From a virus (taxonomy: Duplodnaviria; Caudoviricetes), in the IMG/VR virus record IMGVR_UViG_3300020045_011624, positions 1 to 26,211 of that record: a stretch of 26,211 bases of DNA; one strand, 5' to 3'. This document shows, piece after piece, positions 9,229-18,619 of this stretch (position 1 is the stretch's first letter; the number at the start of each line of letters is the position of its first letter). The notes beneath the pieces are model-generated. The model had not been told where the DNA came from and did no database searches. It saw only the letters and a program-made list of their open reading frames with translations. The position numbers and the translations under genes are program-made.

Positions 9229-11565
9229 TTGGCTGAAGAAGTCGGCGGACTAAAGGCGAAAGTAGGCTTAGATACAGTCGAATTTAACGCCGGAATTGCA
9301 GAACTAAGCAAAAAAATGCAAATTGTGAGTCAGGATTTTAAGAACGCTTCGGGAAGTCTTGACAAAGTCGGTGATGCGTCTAAAATTTCGGCACTAAAGA
9401 TGGAAGAACTTTCGAAGAAAATTGAGTTACAGAAATCAATTGTTGATCAATTTAAAGAGGCACATGAACGGGTTACCGCAGAATTCGGCGAAGGATCTAA
9501 AAAGGCGCTTGATTATGAATTAAAATTGAAAAAAGCTGAGGGAACTTTACAAACGCTTGAAAATGCGTTGAAATCAACAACGACAGAAGTCAAGGACGAA
9601 TCCCAAGCAATCAACAAGGCGGGTGACGAAACATCAACGACAGATAAAAAAACAGACGGACTTGCAAAAGCGATGGATAGACTAAAGGCGGCATCAAGTG
9701 CGGTTGCAAGCGGAATGAAATTTGCGGTTGCAGGAGTAGCCGCCATGGGGGCAGCTACCGTGGCGGCTGGTGCCGGGATGCTTAAACTTGTAAACTCGAG
9801 CGCTGATTATGCCGATGGGGTGCAAAAATCAGCTGATGTAACAGGGTTATCGGCAGAACGGGTGCAGGAATTGACCTACGCTGGCGGTGTGCTTGGAGTT
9901 GAATTTGATACGATTGCAGGCGCACAAGCGAAGCTGACAAAATCGATGACCGCGGCTGAAAAAGGAACAGGATCCCAAGCGGAGGCATTTAGAAAACTTC
10001 GCATCGATGCCACCGACGGAAATGGTGCCTTAAGGGACAGCAAAGTTGTCATGCAGGAAGCGTTGACGGCGTTGAATGGCGTAGGAAATGAAACAGAACG
10101 CGATTCATTGGCCATGCAGTTGTTTGGTAAATCCGCTATGGAACTGAATCCGCTTATCAAGGCTGGTGGAGTTGAACTCTCAAAGTTAACCGCCGAAGCA
10201 AACAAAAACGGAGCTGTTTTATCTGGAAAACAGATAGCTGCACTTGATAATTTCGGCGATAGTGTCGGAAGTTTGAAGTTATCCCTTCAGGGGCTTGGCG
10301 CGAACATGTCAACAGCATTGCTTCCGGCACTTTCCGGAATGGTCACCAATATCCAAAACATTTCAAACGAAATCGGGAAAGCAGTGAAAACCGGGGATTG
10401 GTCGAGTGTTGGTGTTGCAATCAGTGATGGTTTAAATTCCGTCATTTCTCAAATTTCCGGAATGCTTCCCGGCATGTCAAAAATGGCAGCAGACATCATT
10501 GGTGGATTAGTTGGTGCCATTGTCATGGCATTACCTCAGGTTTTACCGTCTTTAATCGACTCCGGAATACAATTAATCAATGCGATTGTCCAAACCTTTG
10601 GGGACAACGGTCCGACATTGATTAAAGCGGGACTTGATGCATTAATGACATTGATAAAAGGGATAGTGGATTCACTTCCGCAAATGATTGACACCGCTAT
10701 CATACTAATCATGTCGTTGGCAAATGGAATTATTGACAATCTTCCAAAGTTGGTTGACGCCACTGTGAAACTCATAGTTTCACTTGTTGACGGGATTATC
10801 ATATTGTTACCACAGTTGATACCGGCCGCCATTAAAGCGATTGTGGTCCTTGCACAAGGGCTAATCGATGCACTCCCAAAATTGATTGAAAAATTACCAG
10901 AAATCATCAAGACTATTGTAAAAATACTAGTCGAAAACTTTCCGCTGCTTGTGGATGCATCCCTAAAAATCATCGTGGCGATTACTACAGCCTTAATTGA
11001 TAATTTGCCGCTTATTATAAATTCGTCAATCGAAATAATCGGGGCGTTGGCGGGCGGGTTGATTGATAACTTTTTTACCGTTTGTGCAACCATACCCAAA
11101 TTATTTGATGATCTTGTAAAAGCATTTAGCAACATAAACTGGAAACAACTTGGTATTGACCTTATCAATGGAATAATAGATGGGGTTAAAAGTGCAGCTG
11201 TCGGACTTGCAAACTCGGTGACAAAGGCCGCAGACGATGCGTTGAAAAGTGCTAAAGCGTTTTTAGGAATTAAATCACCATCCACGGTTATGCGTGATCA
11301 GGTCGGTTTGATGATGGGCGCGGGTATGGCCGAGGGTGTAACCCGTAGCAAAGGAATGTTGACGAACGCCATCACTGGACTATCCAGTGTTGCGGTGGGG
11401 GCGGCGCAAACTCAATCTATCAACAATATCAGTCGCAGTAATACGGGTATTACTATCATCAATCAGGGTACGATTGTCGGAAGCCGCGGGATGGAGGAGT
11501 TTTCGAACACGGTCAGTATTTCGATTGGTAAAAAATTAGGATTATCGATGGGAGGCAAATATTAA
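9229..11565 (+). CDS. Tape measure protein
   Basis: 778 aa, Ala/Gly/Leu-rich helical, roughly 11-residue LPxLI repeats, 'FLGIKSPSTVMRDQVG' C-terminal motif. Confidence 0.93.
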   Translation: MAEEVGGLKAKVGLDTVEFNAGIAELSKKMQIVSQDFKNASGSLDKVGDASKISALKMEELSKKIELQKSIVDQFKEAHERVTAEFGEGSKKALDYELKLKKAEGTLQTLENALKSTTTEVKDESQAINKAGDETSTTDKKTDGLAKAMDRLKAASSAVASGMKFAVAGVAAMGAATVAAGAGMLKLVNSSADYADGVQKSADVTGLSAERVQELTYAGGVLGVEFDTIAGAQAKLTKSMTAAEKGTGSQAEAFRKLRIDATDGNGALRDSKVVMQEALTALNGVGNETERDSLAMQLFGKSAMELNPLIKAGGVELSKLTAEANKNGAVLSGKQIAALDNFGDSVGSLKLSLQGLGANMSTALLPALSGMVTNIQNISNEIGKAVKTGDWSSVGVAISDGLNSVISQISGMLPGMSKMAADIIGGLVGAIVMALPQVLPSLIDSGIQLINAIVQTFGDNGPTLIKAGLDALMTLIKGIVDSLPQMIDTAIILIMSLANGIIDNLPKLVDATVKLIVSLVDGIIILLPQLIPAAIKAIVVLAQGLIDALPKLIEKLPEIIKTIVKILVENFPLLVDASLKIIVAITTALIDNLPLIINSSIEIIGALAGGLIDNFFTVCATIPKLFDDLVKAFSNINWKQLGIDLINGIIDGVKSAAVGLANSVTKAADDALKSAKAFLGIKSPSTVMRDQVGLMMGAGMAEGVTRSKGMLTNAITGLSSVAVGAAQTQSINNISRSNTGITIINQGTIVGSRGMEEFSNTVSISIGKKLGLSMGGKY

Positions 11566-13335
11566 TTGAGCACAATTATAAAAATAACGCCCCCAGGAAA
11601 GTCAACGGTTACACTGGCGTCATATGATCAATGCACAACATCATTTTCAGACGGGAATCGTTCAGGATCGTTCAACATCAGTTTTTCAACTTCGGATGCG
11701 GTGGATGTTGACCGGTTCCCGTTTGGTTCCGATGTTTTGATTGACCAAAACGGTTCATTATTTCGCGGTTGGGTGATGGCCCCAGGTAAAAGTCGGGAGG
11801 GGCTTATAAAAAAAATCATAAGCCTTTCCGGTGCGGACTATGGCGCAAAAACACAAAAAATATTGATCAACGAAAGCTATTCCAATCAAACAATTGACTC
11901 AATAATTCGCGATTTGTTCGGGTCCTATGTGCCGTGGGCGACGACAAACAAAGTTGATTTCTGCAACAAAACGATTACCATCACATTTAACGATAAATTT
12001 TTATTTGATGCGATTGAACAATTGACCGAAATATCCGGGTACAAGTGGTATGTTGACGCAGATTTAGACGTCAACTTTTTTTATCCGGGTACTCGAATCA
12101 ACCCTAATATCATGCAAAAAAACTCGTATAAAAAAGCAACCGCAAATATTTCCCCGGATGTTTCAAATATTGTAAACCGATTGTATGTTAAAGGCGGAAA
12201 AGCTACATCATTGGACTTCACACAGACCATTATTGTTGATGGTTCAATGCCAATACCCTTGTATTATTCGCCGAAATCAACAGTCGATGGGGTAATCGTG
12301 ACGGTAAATGGGTCTGTTGCTTCCGTCGGAATCGAAAATATTGACCCCGCCGGAACAAAAGATTTTTTATTGAACTTTTCAGAAAAGCTTTTAATCCCCG
12401 ATCTTATCACGGATGGAACTGGAACCATCGTGTATCGATACGAATATCCGATTAAATTGATGTTGGAAGATACTGTTTCACAAAATAAATACGGTGTTTT
12501 TGACGATGTTTTAACGGTAGACACCGATGACAGGCTTATTGCGCAAGATCTTGGTTTGAGACACCTATCAAAATACAAGAATCCTATCAATGCCGGATCC
12601 ATAGAACCGTTTTCAGGGAATTACTATCCAGGCGAATTGCTTTATTTCAACATTCCGGAACTTAATCTTGATGAATATCTTCAGATAAAGGACGTATCGT
12701 ATACGTCTTTGAATCGTGTGGGACGCGTCGAAATAAGTTTGACGGTAGAAGCTCAGCCCAATGATACGGTTATTGCGTTGAAAGGATTGGCGTCAAGGAT
12801 TCAAAAACTTGAACAAACGGTATTTGATGATACTTCCGGAAATGAAGTCCTTGTTACAGTAACAAATTTATTTTCATCGGTTACGGCCTACACACCGGAC
12901 CAGTGCGGAAGCGGGATCCAATGTGGGGACGTTATTTGCAAAGGTGGGAAAGATGGCTGTATAAATGACTTTTTACAAAATATTATCTATGGAGCTGTTG
13001 GAACAGGAGCATTGCCGGCACAAAAAGACGTAGGAATCATATCAGAAATAGACCGGCAGCAAGTCACCAGTATTAATAATATTGGTGATGTTGTATATGT
13101 TGATGTGCTATTTAGTCAGTCGGATGCCATTGGCAACTTAAAAAATGCAGCGATATTTTTGAAGGGTACCGAATCCATTGGAACAGGTCAAGTCCTTGCT
13201 GGATCTGCAATCAACATTAATAAAACTGCCTCAAAAATGTTGACATTGGCCGCAGAAATAACGGTGTATGAATTAGCCGCAGTTGCATCATGGATTGATA
13301 CGGGTGCATGGGATGATTCGAGGGTTTGGGGATAA
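11566..13335 (+). CDS. Tail tip/baseplate hub-like protein with fused C-terminal domain
   Basis: Directly after TMP; hub-like 'AIEQLTEISGYKWYVD', 'IVNRLYVKG', 'SQNKYG', 'PGE'; Cys linker, then an 'AVGTG..SEIDR' domain; ends WIDTGAWDDSRVWG. Confidence 0.7.
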   Translation: MSTIIKITPPGKSTVTLASYDQCTTSFSDGNRSGSFNISFSTSDAVDVDRFPFGSDVLIDQNGSLFRGWVMAPGKSREGLIKKIISLSGADYGAKTQKILINESYSNQTIDSIIRDLFGSYVPWATTNKVDFCNKTITITFNDKFLFDAIEQLTEISGYKWYVDADLDVNFFYPGTRINPNIMQKNSYKKATANISPDVSNIVNRLYVKGGKATSLDFTQTIIVDGSMPIPLYYSPKSTVDGVIVTVNGSVASVGIENIDPAGTKDFLLNFSEKLLIPDLITDGTGTIVYRYEYPIKLMLEDTVSQNKYGVFDDVLTVDTDDRLIAQDLGLRHLSKYKNPINAGSIEPFSGNYYPGELLYFNIPELNLDEYLQIKDVSYTSLNRVGRVEISLTVEAQPNDTVIALKGLASRIQKLEQTVFDDTSGNEVLVTVTNLFSSVTAYTPDQCGSGIQCGDVICKGGKDGCINDFLQNIIYGAVGTGALPAQKDVGIISEIDRQQVTSINNIGDVVYVDVLFSQSDAIGNLKNAAIFLKGTESIGTGQVLAGSAININKTASKMLTLAAEITVYELAAVASWIDTGAWDDSRVWG

Positions 13336-13344
13336 GGAGTAAAA

Positions 13345-13557
13345 ATGAGTAAGTTTAATAATGGCGAAAGTCTGGAAACAGTCCGGATAAAAATCAATGA
13401 AACATCCGATAAAGCGGATGCAGTCGAAGCGCAAACGGCCCAGATTACGAATAACGGGCAGATAGTTGGCAATGTCATTTTGACTCAAGCAGAATATGAC
13501 GCACTTCCTGCAAGCAAGTTGACGGACGGCATTGAATACCATATCCGCGAGGTGTGA
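13345..13557 (+). CDS. Small tail fibre adaptor protein
   Basis: 70 aa with AAGGAG RBS; N-terminal NNGESLETVRIKIN, short coiled coil, C-terminal LTQAEYDAL...YHI motif typical of phage minor tail proteins. Confidence 0.65.
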   Translation: MSKFNNGESLETVRIKINETSDKADAVEAQTAQITNNGQIVGNVILTQAEYDALPASKLTDGIEYHIREV

Positions 13558-13559
13558 GC

Positions 13560-15185
13560 ATGATACATAATGGGAAGAACATCCTCAAAATTACGCACAA
13601 CGGAAAGACTATCAACAAAATTATGCATAATGGTAAGGCTATTATGTTGGGATATACCATACCGACTATAAACCTCAAAACCTATGGGGCCATTGGTGAT
13701 GGCGTGACAGACGATACCGCGATCATCCAGTCGGCTATAAATAGTTTAGGGGGCGAGTTGGGGACAATTTATATCCCGGCAGGTACCTATGTTTGTAATA
13801 ACTTGTATCTAGCTAGCAATATTACGCTTCAGGGCGAGAGTCAAGCCGCCGCGATATTGATGCAAAAAGCAAATATCACAAACACCGACTTGCTTCGAAC
13901 AAATCAGACGGGAACTTCAAATCCACTAGAAAACAACGTAAACATCAAACTCTATGACCTAACATTACGCGGACGATGCGATACGGAAGTGTTCGCAGAG
14001 CAAGCGCACACTTTTGTCATCAATGCGGCAACCGGAGTTACATGCGCCAGGGTACAGTTCAAGGGGTTCAAGGGTGATGGCGCATACATCGGAGACTATA
14101 ATGCGCTTGGCAATCCAAGATTCTCAAGGAATGTTAGTTTTCAAAACTGCGTTTTCGACGGCATCGACAAAGATAATCGCAATCCAATATCAGTTATATC
14201 CGTAAATGGGCTTACTATAAATGCTTGCGAGTTTAAGAATGCAACACGCCCGGATATGCCCGGAGCGATTGATATTGAGCCGAACTCTGCTGATGTTAAT
14301 GCTGAGTTGTTTGACATTACAATTACAAATAATACCTTTAACAACATCGGAGGCAACGGAGGTGTAATCTGTGGCAATGCACGTTTTGCGTGCAACAATC
14401 AGTTTACAAACGTCCTTATACAAAACAATGTGCTTGGAGATAATAGCTGTACAAAGGACATATACATTGCAAATAGTTATGGCAATGCAACAAAAATTAA
14501 TAATAACATCAAAATCCTTGATAATATTGTTACTCGCACAACAGATGACGCAAACCATGCGGATATGATTAAGGTCTATCATTTATGCGGATGTGAAATC
14601 GGCGGAAATGAACTTACCACCCCACTTATTGCAAGTGCCGCAAGACCCAACGGAATATATTGGGGTATGGTCGGGGCAATCACCGACGCTATTGAGTCCT
14701 GTGATGTTCGCATCCATCACAATGATATCAATGGGTCGGCGTATCCCTTCCAAATTGTCAATGCAAAAGGTGTTGAGATTGACAACAACACTATCGCAAA
14801 TTGCATCCGTAACGGTCTAATCGGCGTTACATCGGCGAGCGCACACGCCCCCTGTTGGGATATCAACCACCACCACAACATATACAATCAAGCGTCACTG
14901 TCTATATCTGCGTTGCGTATCGGCGATGTTACCCGATTGCAGATTGATGATAACGAGTTTGACGACTGCGGAGACCGTGTTGTCGGCGGCACACAAGCCG
15001 CCATTGAGTTTTACACGCACACCAATCCATGCGACTACATTTATATGCGACGCAACATTACTCGTTCAACACTTGGGTACATGCCTGTATCTGTCGCTAA
15101 AAATGCCGCACGGGTGTACGGTGCAAACAACATCAATAGTGGCAATACATGGCATGGGACAGTTGCATTTACACCAGCACAGTAA
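13560..15185 (+). CDS. Tailspike/depolymerase, right-handed parallel beta-helix (pectate lyase 3-like)
   Basis: 'LKTYGAIGDGVTDDTAIIQSAIN...TIYIPAGTY', many Asn-ladder repeats, 'GAIDIEPN'; N-terminal HNGKxI repeated three times; start 13560 or 13554. Confidence 0.85.
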   Translation: MIHNGKNILKITHNGKTINKIMHNGKAIMLGYTIPTINLKTYGAIGDGVTDDTAIIQSAINSLGGELGTIYIPAGTYVCNNLYLASNITLQGESQAAAILMQKANITNTDLLRTNQTGTSNPLENNVNIKLYDLTLRGRCDTEVFAEQAHTFVINAATGVTCARVQFKGFKGDGAYIGDYNALGNPRFSRNVSFQNCVFDGIDKDNRNPISVISVNGLTINACEFKNATRPDMPGAIDIEPNSADVNAELFDITITNNTFNNIGGNGGVICGNARFACNNQFTNVLIQNNVLGDNSCTKDIYIANSYGNATKINNNIKILDNIVTRTTDDANHADMIKVYHLCGCEIGGNELTTPLIASAARPNGIYWGMVGAITDAIESCDVRIHHNDINGSAYPFQIVNAKGVEIDNNTIANCIRNGLIGVTSASAHAPCWDINHHHNIYNQASLSISALRIGDVTRLQIDDNEFDDCGDRVVGGTQAAIEFYTHTNPCDYIYMRRNITRSTLGYMPVSVAKNAARVYGANNINSGNTWHGTVAFTPAQ

Positions 15186-15250
15186 CGCAATTGTGCCAGT
15201 TTGCGTTAATAAACCGAATGTATTATATCAAAAATGAAAGGGGTATCGAT

Positions 15251-15418
15251 ATGCCTTATACAAAAACTGACTGGGTTGACAAAGTCGACGGAGTATCTGC
15301 GGGTACTCCGGTAACGGCTGAAAATCTTAACAAAATTGAAAAGGGTATCGTTGATGCAACCGACGGAGTCGAAACATTGAACATATACCTTTATAACAAT
15401 ATTGGAGGTGCTTTTTAA
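15251..15418 (+). CDS. Small tail fibre anchor/adaptor protein (55 aa)
   Basis: RBS GAAAGGGG; 'MPYTKTDW...TPVTAENLNKIEKGI' resembles phage fibre N-terminal anchors. Confidence 0.65.
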   Translation: MPYTKTDWVDKVDGVSAGTPVTAENLNKIEKGIVDATDGVETLNIYLYNNIGGAF

Positions 15419-15861
15419 TGGCAGCGAATGTTAAGCCAATCTTCCCGATTACTATGCAAGTGAACAATAAAACACTAACAACAGCTGACACCAGTTTGAC
15501 TACACCAATAACCAATGGTCAAACTATTCTTACTGGCGGGGCAAACGGCACCAGAGTTGATGTGATTAAAGCGCGGGCGGTAGGAACAAACGTAGCTTCA
15601 TTGCTCAGGGTATTTTTTAATGATGGACTTGGAACTGCGGCATCAAATTTTTCGTTGATTCACGAAGAGGTTCTTCCGGTTTCAACGCTTTCGCAAGTTG
15701 CGATAGAAGCCGCACCAATAACTTTGTTCCCAATCAATTACGATGGAATGGGGACTGGTGTTCTTCCTCCATATCTTGAATCAGGACAAAAAATTTACAT
15801 TTCAATCGGAACTACCGTCGCTGGCGGGTGGGCTGTTACGGGATTCGGCGGTGATTATTAA
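15418..15861 (+). CDS. Hypothetical tail-associated beta-rich protein
   Basis: TAATG-coupled on both sides; GGAGG RBS; located in the tail fibre cluster. Confidence 0.6.
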   Translation: MAANVKPIFPITMQVNNKTLTTADTSLTTPITNGQTILTGGANGTRVDVIKARAVGTNVASLLRVFFNDGLGTAASNFSLIHEEVLPVSTLSQVAIEAAPITLFPINYDGMGTGVLPPYLESGQKIYISIGTTVAGGWAVTGFGGDY

Positions 15862-17201
15862 TGCGAAGTTTTGACCATGGGTTTCTAAAGCCCCAAAAAG
15901 ATGCATCTAGAATTAGGGTAAGAGGGTCAACAGCGATGAATGGCCTTGCTAGTGCCGACATCAATGCGGGTGATGCGATATTTAGAAAATCTGTAAGAAC
16001 TACGCTTGGAACGATGTCAACAAGCGAAGGGAAGATTGGCTGTGTTGAAAAGATATGTGACGGAAGGTTTGCAGTTACATTCAATAATGCTGCTGGGAGT
16101 CAAGTGGTTATTGGTAACGAAGACCAGAACACAGGAGAGATAACGTACAGTAACTCTTTGGTGTCTTATTCAAACACTGGTATCCCAACGTCGCTTTGTA
16201 GGCTAACTGATACCACTATGGTGGCGCAATACACCCAACAATTATCAATACTTGTTTATGATCCCATTACAAACACGTTATCAAAAGGTGCTAACTATGC
16301 AGCCCCTGGAACGCCTTTGAGCAATGAGAAGTATGGGATTGAAGCTATATCAGAGACAAACTTTTGCATGATTTATACACACACGACAAAAGCATCGATT
16401 GTGGCTGCCACTGTTTCAGGCACAGTCATAACTTTTGGTACTCCTACGGTAGTTGGTACGAACACCCTAACCGCAACCTTTTACAGGTCATGCTATTTAG
16501 GTAATGGTAGGTTTGTCGGGTGTTATGGCAATTATTACTATGCGGCCACCGTGTCTGGATTGACTTTGTCTAACCTCTCTGCAGAAACGATACTTGCGAT
16601 TAACGGCTCGATTGGCGATATTGGTAATCTATTGCCGTATAAAGGGAATTATTTTCTTAGGGTTGTAGATAGGTCACTTTCTGTATTATCGCTTTCAGGG
16701 ACGACTCTCGCACTGCACGTTACGGCACCAGTTCTTTCACAAACCATTGTAAGTACGGTTGATCCAGCATATATTCTTAAAGACCTTTTCATAACGGACG
16801 CTAAAATATCGGATGACAAAACACAAATAGACCTAATGACAATATCCACTAATGGCTCGTACCAATCTGGGTTTCAAGGGCAGTACATTTCAACTTCGTT
16901 TAATTTTGACGTAGACACCCTCTCGGTTTCATGGTCAATCAAGTTATTAAAACCAATCGGTACATATAGCGCTCCAGAGGGGCGCGTGTGCGCTTTTAAC
17001 AAAAGTAATAAGATTGCAATTGCTATTGCTTCTATAGGAGGTACCAATACCACGCCCAACTACCAAGCGCTGGCGATAACCCTTGGAGCTAAGTTTAATA
17101 AGTTCGGAACTTTTGATTCAGGAGAGATTCCGGCCATTGAAGGGGTTGCATTATCTTCAGCCAAATCCGGAGAAAAAATGACCGCAATGATGTGGGTATA
17201 A
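15861..17201 (+). CDS. Putative receptor-binding protein, beta-propeller-like
   Basis: Ser/Thr/Gly-rich repeats (ATVSGTVITFG, ATVSGLTLS, LSLSGTTLA) between terminal 'ASADINAGDAI' and 'GVALSSAKSGE' segments. Confidence 0.6.
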   Translation: MRSFDHGFLKPQKDASRIRVRGSTAMNGLASADINAGDAIFRKSVRTTLGTMSTSEGKIGCVEKICDGRFAVTFNNAAGSQVVIGNEDQNTGEITYSNSLVSYSNTGIPTSLCRLTDTTMVAQYTQQLSILVYDPITNTLSKGANYAAPGTPLSNEKYGIEAISETNFCMIYTHTTKASIVAATVSGTVITFGTPTVVGTNTLTATFYRSCYLGNGRFVGCYGNYYYAATVSGLTLSNLSAETILAINGSIGDIGNLLPYKGNYFLRVVDRSLSVLSLSGTTLALHVTAPVLSQTIVSTVDPAYILKDLFITDAKISDDKTQIDLMTISTNGSYQSGFQGQYISTSFNFDVDTLSVSWSIKLLKPIGTYSAPEGRVCAFNKSNKIAIAIASIGGTNTTPNYQALAITLGAKFNKFGTFDSGEIPAIEGVALSSAKSGEKMTAMMWV

Positions 17202-17217
17202 GAACGGGGGAATAGAC

Positions 17218-17514
17218 ATGTTTTTAATTATAGACAAAAATAAAGTTATTATAGCAATGGCGCTATCGGCTTCTTTGCGCGAAGACAGAATCGAATGCGA
17301 TGGGTATTACCTATCCAACCCGCCGACGCTTGGTGCCACAATTGTTGAGGTTATTTCAATTCCTGAATATGTAAAACCAAACGCCTACATTTACAGCAAT
17401 GGTGAGTACGTGCAAAATCCGATTTATCGAGATCCAGAAATTGATTTAAAAGAAAAGGTGCAACAGTTGCAGACTATTGTTGATTCTTTGATTATCTCAG
17501 CGTTGGAGGTGTAA
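17218..17514 (+). CDS. Hypothetical tail fibre-associated protein (XkdW-like position)
   Basis: C-terminal short coiled coil; directly precedes the XkdX-like ORF. Confidence 0.55.
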   Translation: MFLIIDKNKVIIAMALSASLREDRIECDGYYLSNPPTLGATIVEVISIPEYVKPNAYIYSNGEYVQNPIYRDPEIDLKEKVQQLQTIVDSLIISALEV

Positions 17515-17515
17515 A

Positions 17516-17647
17516 ATGTTTGAACGGATTGAGGCTCTTTATGATCACGGAAATGGTCCATTGTCTTCGGCTGGTGTGCAGAGAGCAGTCATCAAAGGTT
17601 GGATTACACAACCACAGGCCGATCAGATTATTGGAGGTCCAGCATGA
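17516..17647 (+). CDS. XkdX-family small protein (43 aa, absent from the ORF track)
   Basis: MFERIEALYDHG...VQRAVIKGWITQPQADQIIG; GGAGGTG RBS; ATGA overlap with the next gene. Confidence 0.75.
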   Translation: MFERIEALYDHGNGPLSSAGVQRAVIKGWITQPQADQIIGGPA

Positions 17648-18249
17648 AATACCGTAAAATATTCCTCACCCACATCGTCGAACTGAATCCATTGGAGTTG
17701 AAAGCGAGCCTTGTGCATGGCACAGGCTCTTTTTTATCGAAAACTTTCAAAAACTTCGTGAACGCGAATTTTTTCAGCGGTGTCATAACAATCGGCTGGT
17801 TGATTTCTGACGGCGTTGTGCTGGCGTCTCGGCATGAAGGCCGGAAGGCATGGGCGAAACGCAAAGGAACCTTTATCGTATACAAAGACGGTAACGTCGA
17901 GGCCCGGGCCATGTATGACTGGGAAATCGAAGAAAAGCTTCCGAGAATCCATTTTTGCTGTCAGGGCTTCAATTTGTTCCCCCTGGACATCGCTTCGGAA
18001 GGGTACAACCCATCCGAAGTCGGTTACTGCACGATGGCGGTAAGTATCGGTTGCAACAAAACCGGGAAAATCATTATCGCGGTCCGCCCAAAAAGCGACG
18101 CGCGGCAAACACAATTGACCATGAAAAACCTTGGGTGCGAAGGATGCGCCATACGATTGGACTCGGGCGGGTCCGCTAACTTGTGGATTGATGGTAAGCC
18201 CATCACTTCAACGGCACGACCACTGACAAACATCATTTTTTGGAAATAA
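17644..18249 (+). CDS. Phosphodiester glycosidase family protein (NAGPA/DUF2233-like)
   Basis: 'VNANFF', 'IG....GKIII', 'MKNLGC..AIRLDSGGS' motifs; start 17644 has a GGAGG RBS. Confidence 0.8.
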   Translation: MKYRKIFLTHIVELNPLELKASLVHGTGSFLSKTFKNFVNANFFSGVITIGWLISDGVVLASRHEGRKAWAKRKGTFIVYKDGNVEARAMYDWEIEEKLPRIHFCCQGFNLFPLDIASEGYNPSEVGYCTMAVSIGCNKTGKIIIAVRPKSDARQTQLTMKNLGCEGCAIRLDSGGSANLWIDGKPITSTARPLTNIIFWK

Positions 18250-18268
18250 TGCAACAAAGGAGGGCAAG

Positions 18269-18607
18269 ATGGCAGATCCGTGCATCCACGAAAGGGACTG
18301 GGACAGGCTGGAGGAAAATGTGGCCAGCCAAGAAAAGCGAATCAGCGCACTGGAGAATAATCATACGGAAACGAGGGTGTACATGCGGCAGGTGCTTGAA
18401 ACTCAGGACGAGATTAAGACAAGTATCAAAGACATCCAAAAAAAACTCGACGACCGCGCAACGGCTCCGGTGATCGTTGAACAACTATCAGACAAAAAAT
18501 ATGCAGAGTCATCAACATTGCAAAAACTGATACCTCAATTGATTGATCTTTTGAAGTGGGCGTTGATTATTATCGGCGCGGTAGTCGGAATCAAATTAGC
18601 ATTATAG
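18269..18607 (+). CDS. XhlA-like membrane protein (coiled coil plus C-terminal TM helix)
   Basis: 'QEKRISALE' coiled coil, C-terminal WALIIIGAVVGI; in the lysis module. Confidence 0.65.
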   Translation: MADPCIHERDWDRLEENVASQEKRISALENNHTETRVYMRQVLETQDEIKTSIKDIQKKLDDRATAPVIVEQLSDKKYAESSTLQKLIPQLIDLLKWALIIIGAVVGIKLAL

Positions 18608-18619
18608 GAGGAAACGAAT

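Noticed and set aside
12946-12952. GGGAAAG lambda-type slippery heptamer in the tail tip gene
   Set aside because: Phase is GGG AAA G, not X XXY YYZ, so it is not a canonical -1 site
13345-17647. Diversity-generating retroelement or invertase shufflon acting on tail fibres
   Set aside because: No reverse transcriptase or invertase in the window, and no template/variable repeat pair or inverted crossover sites were seen by eye
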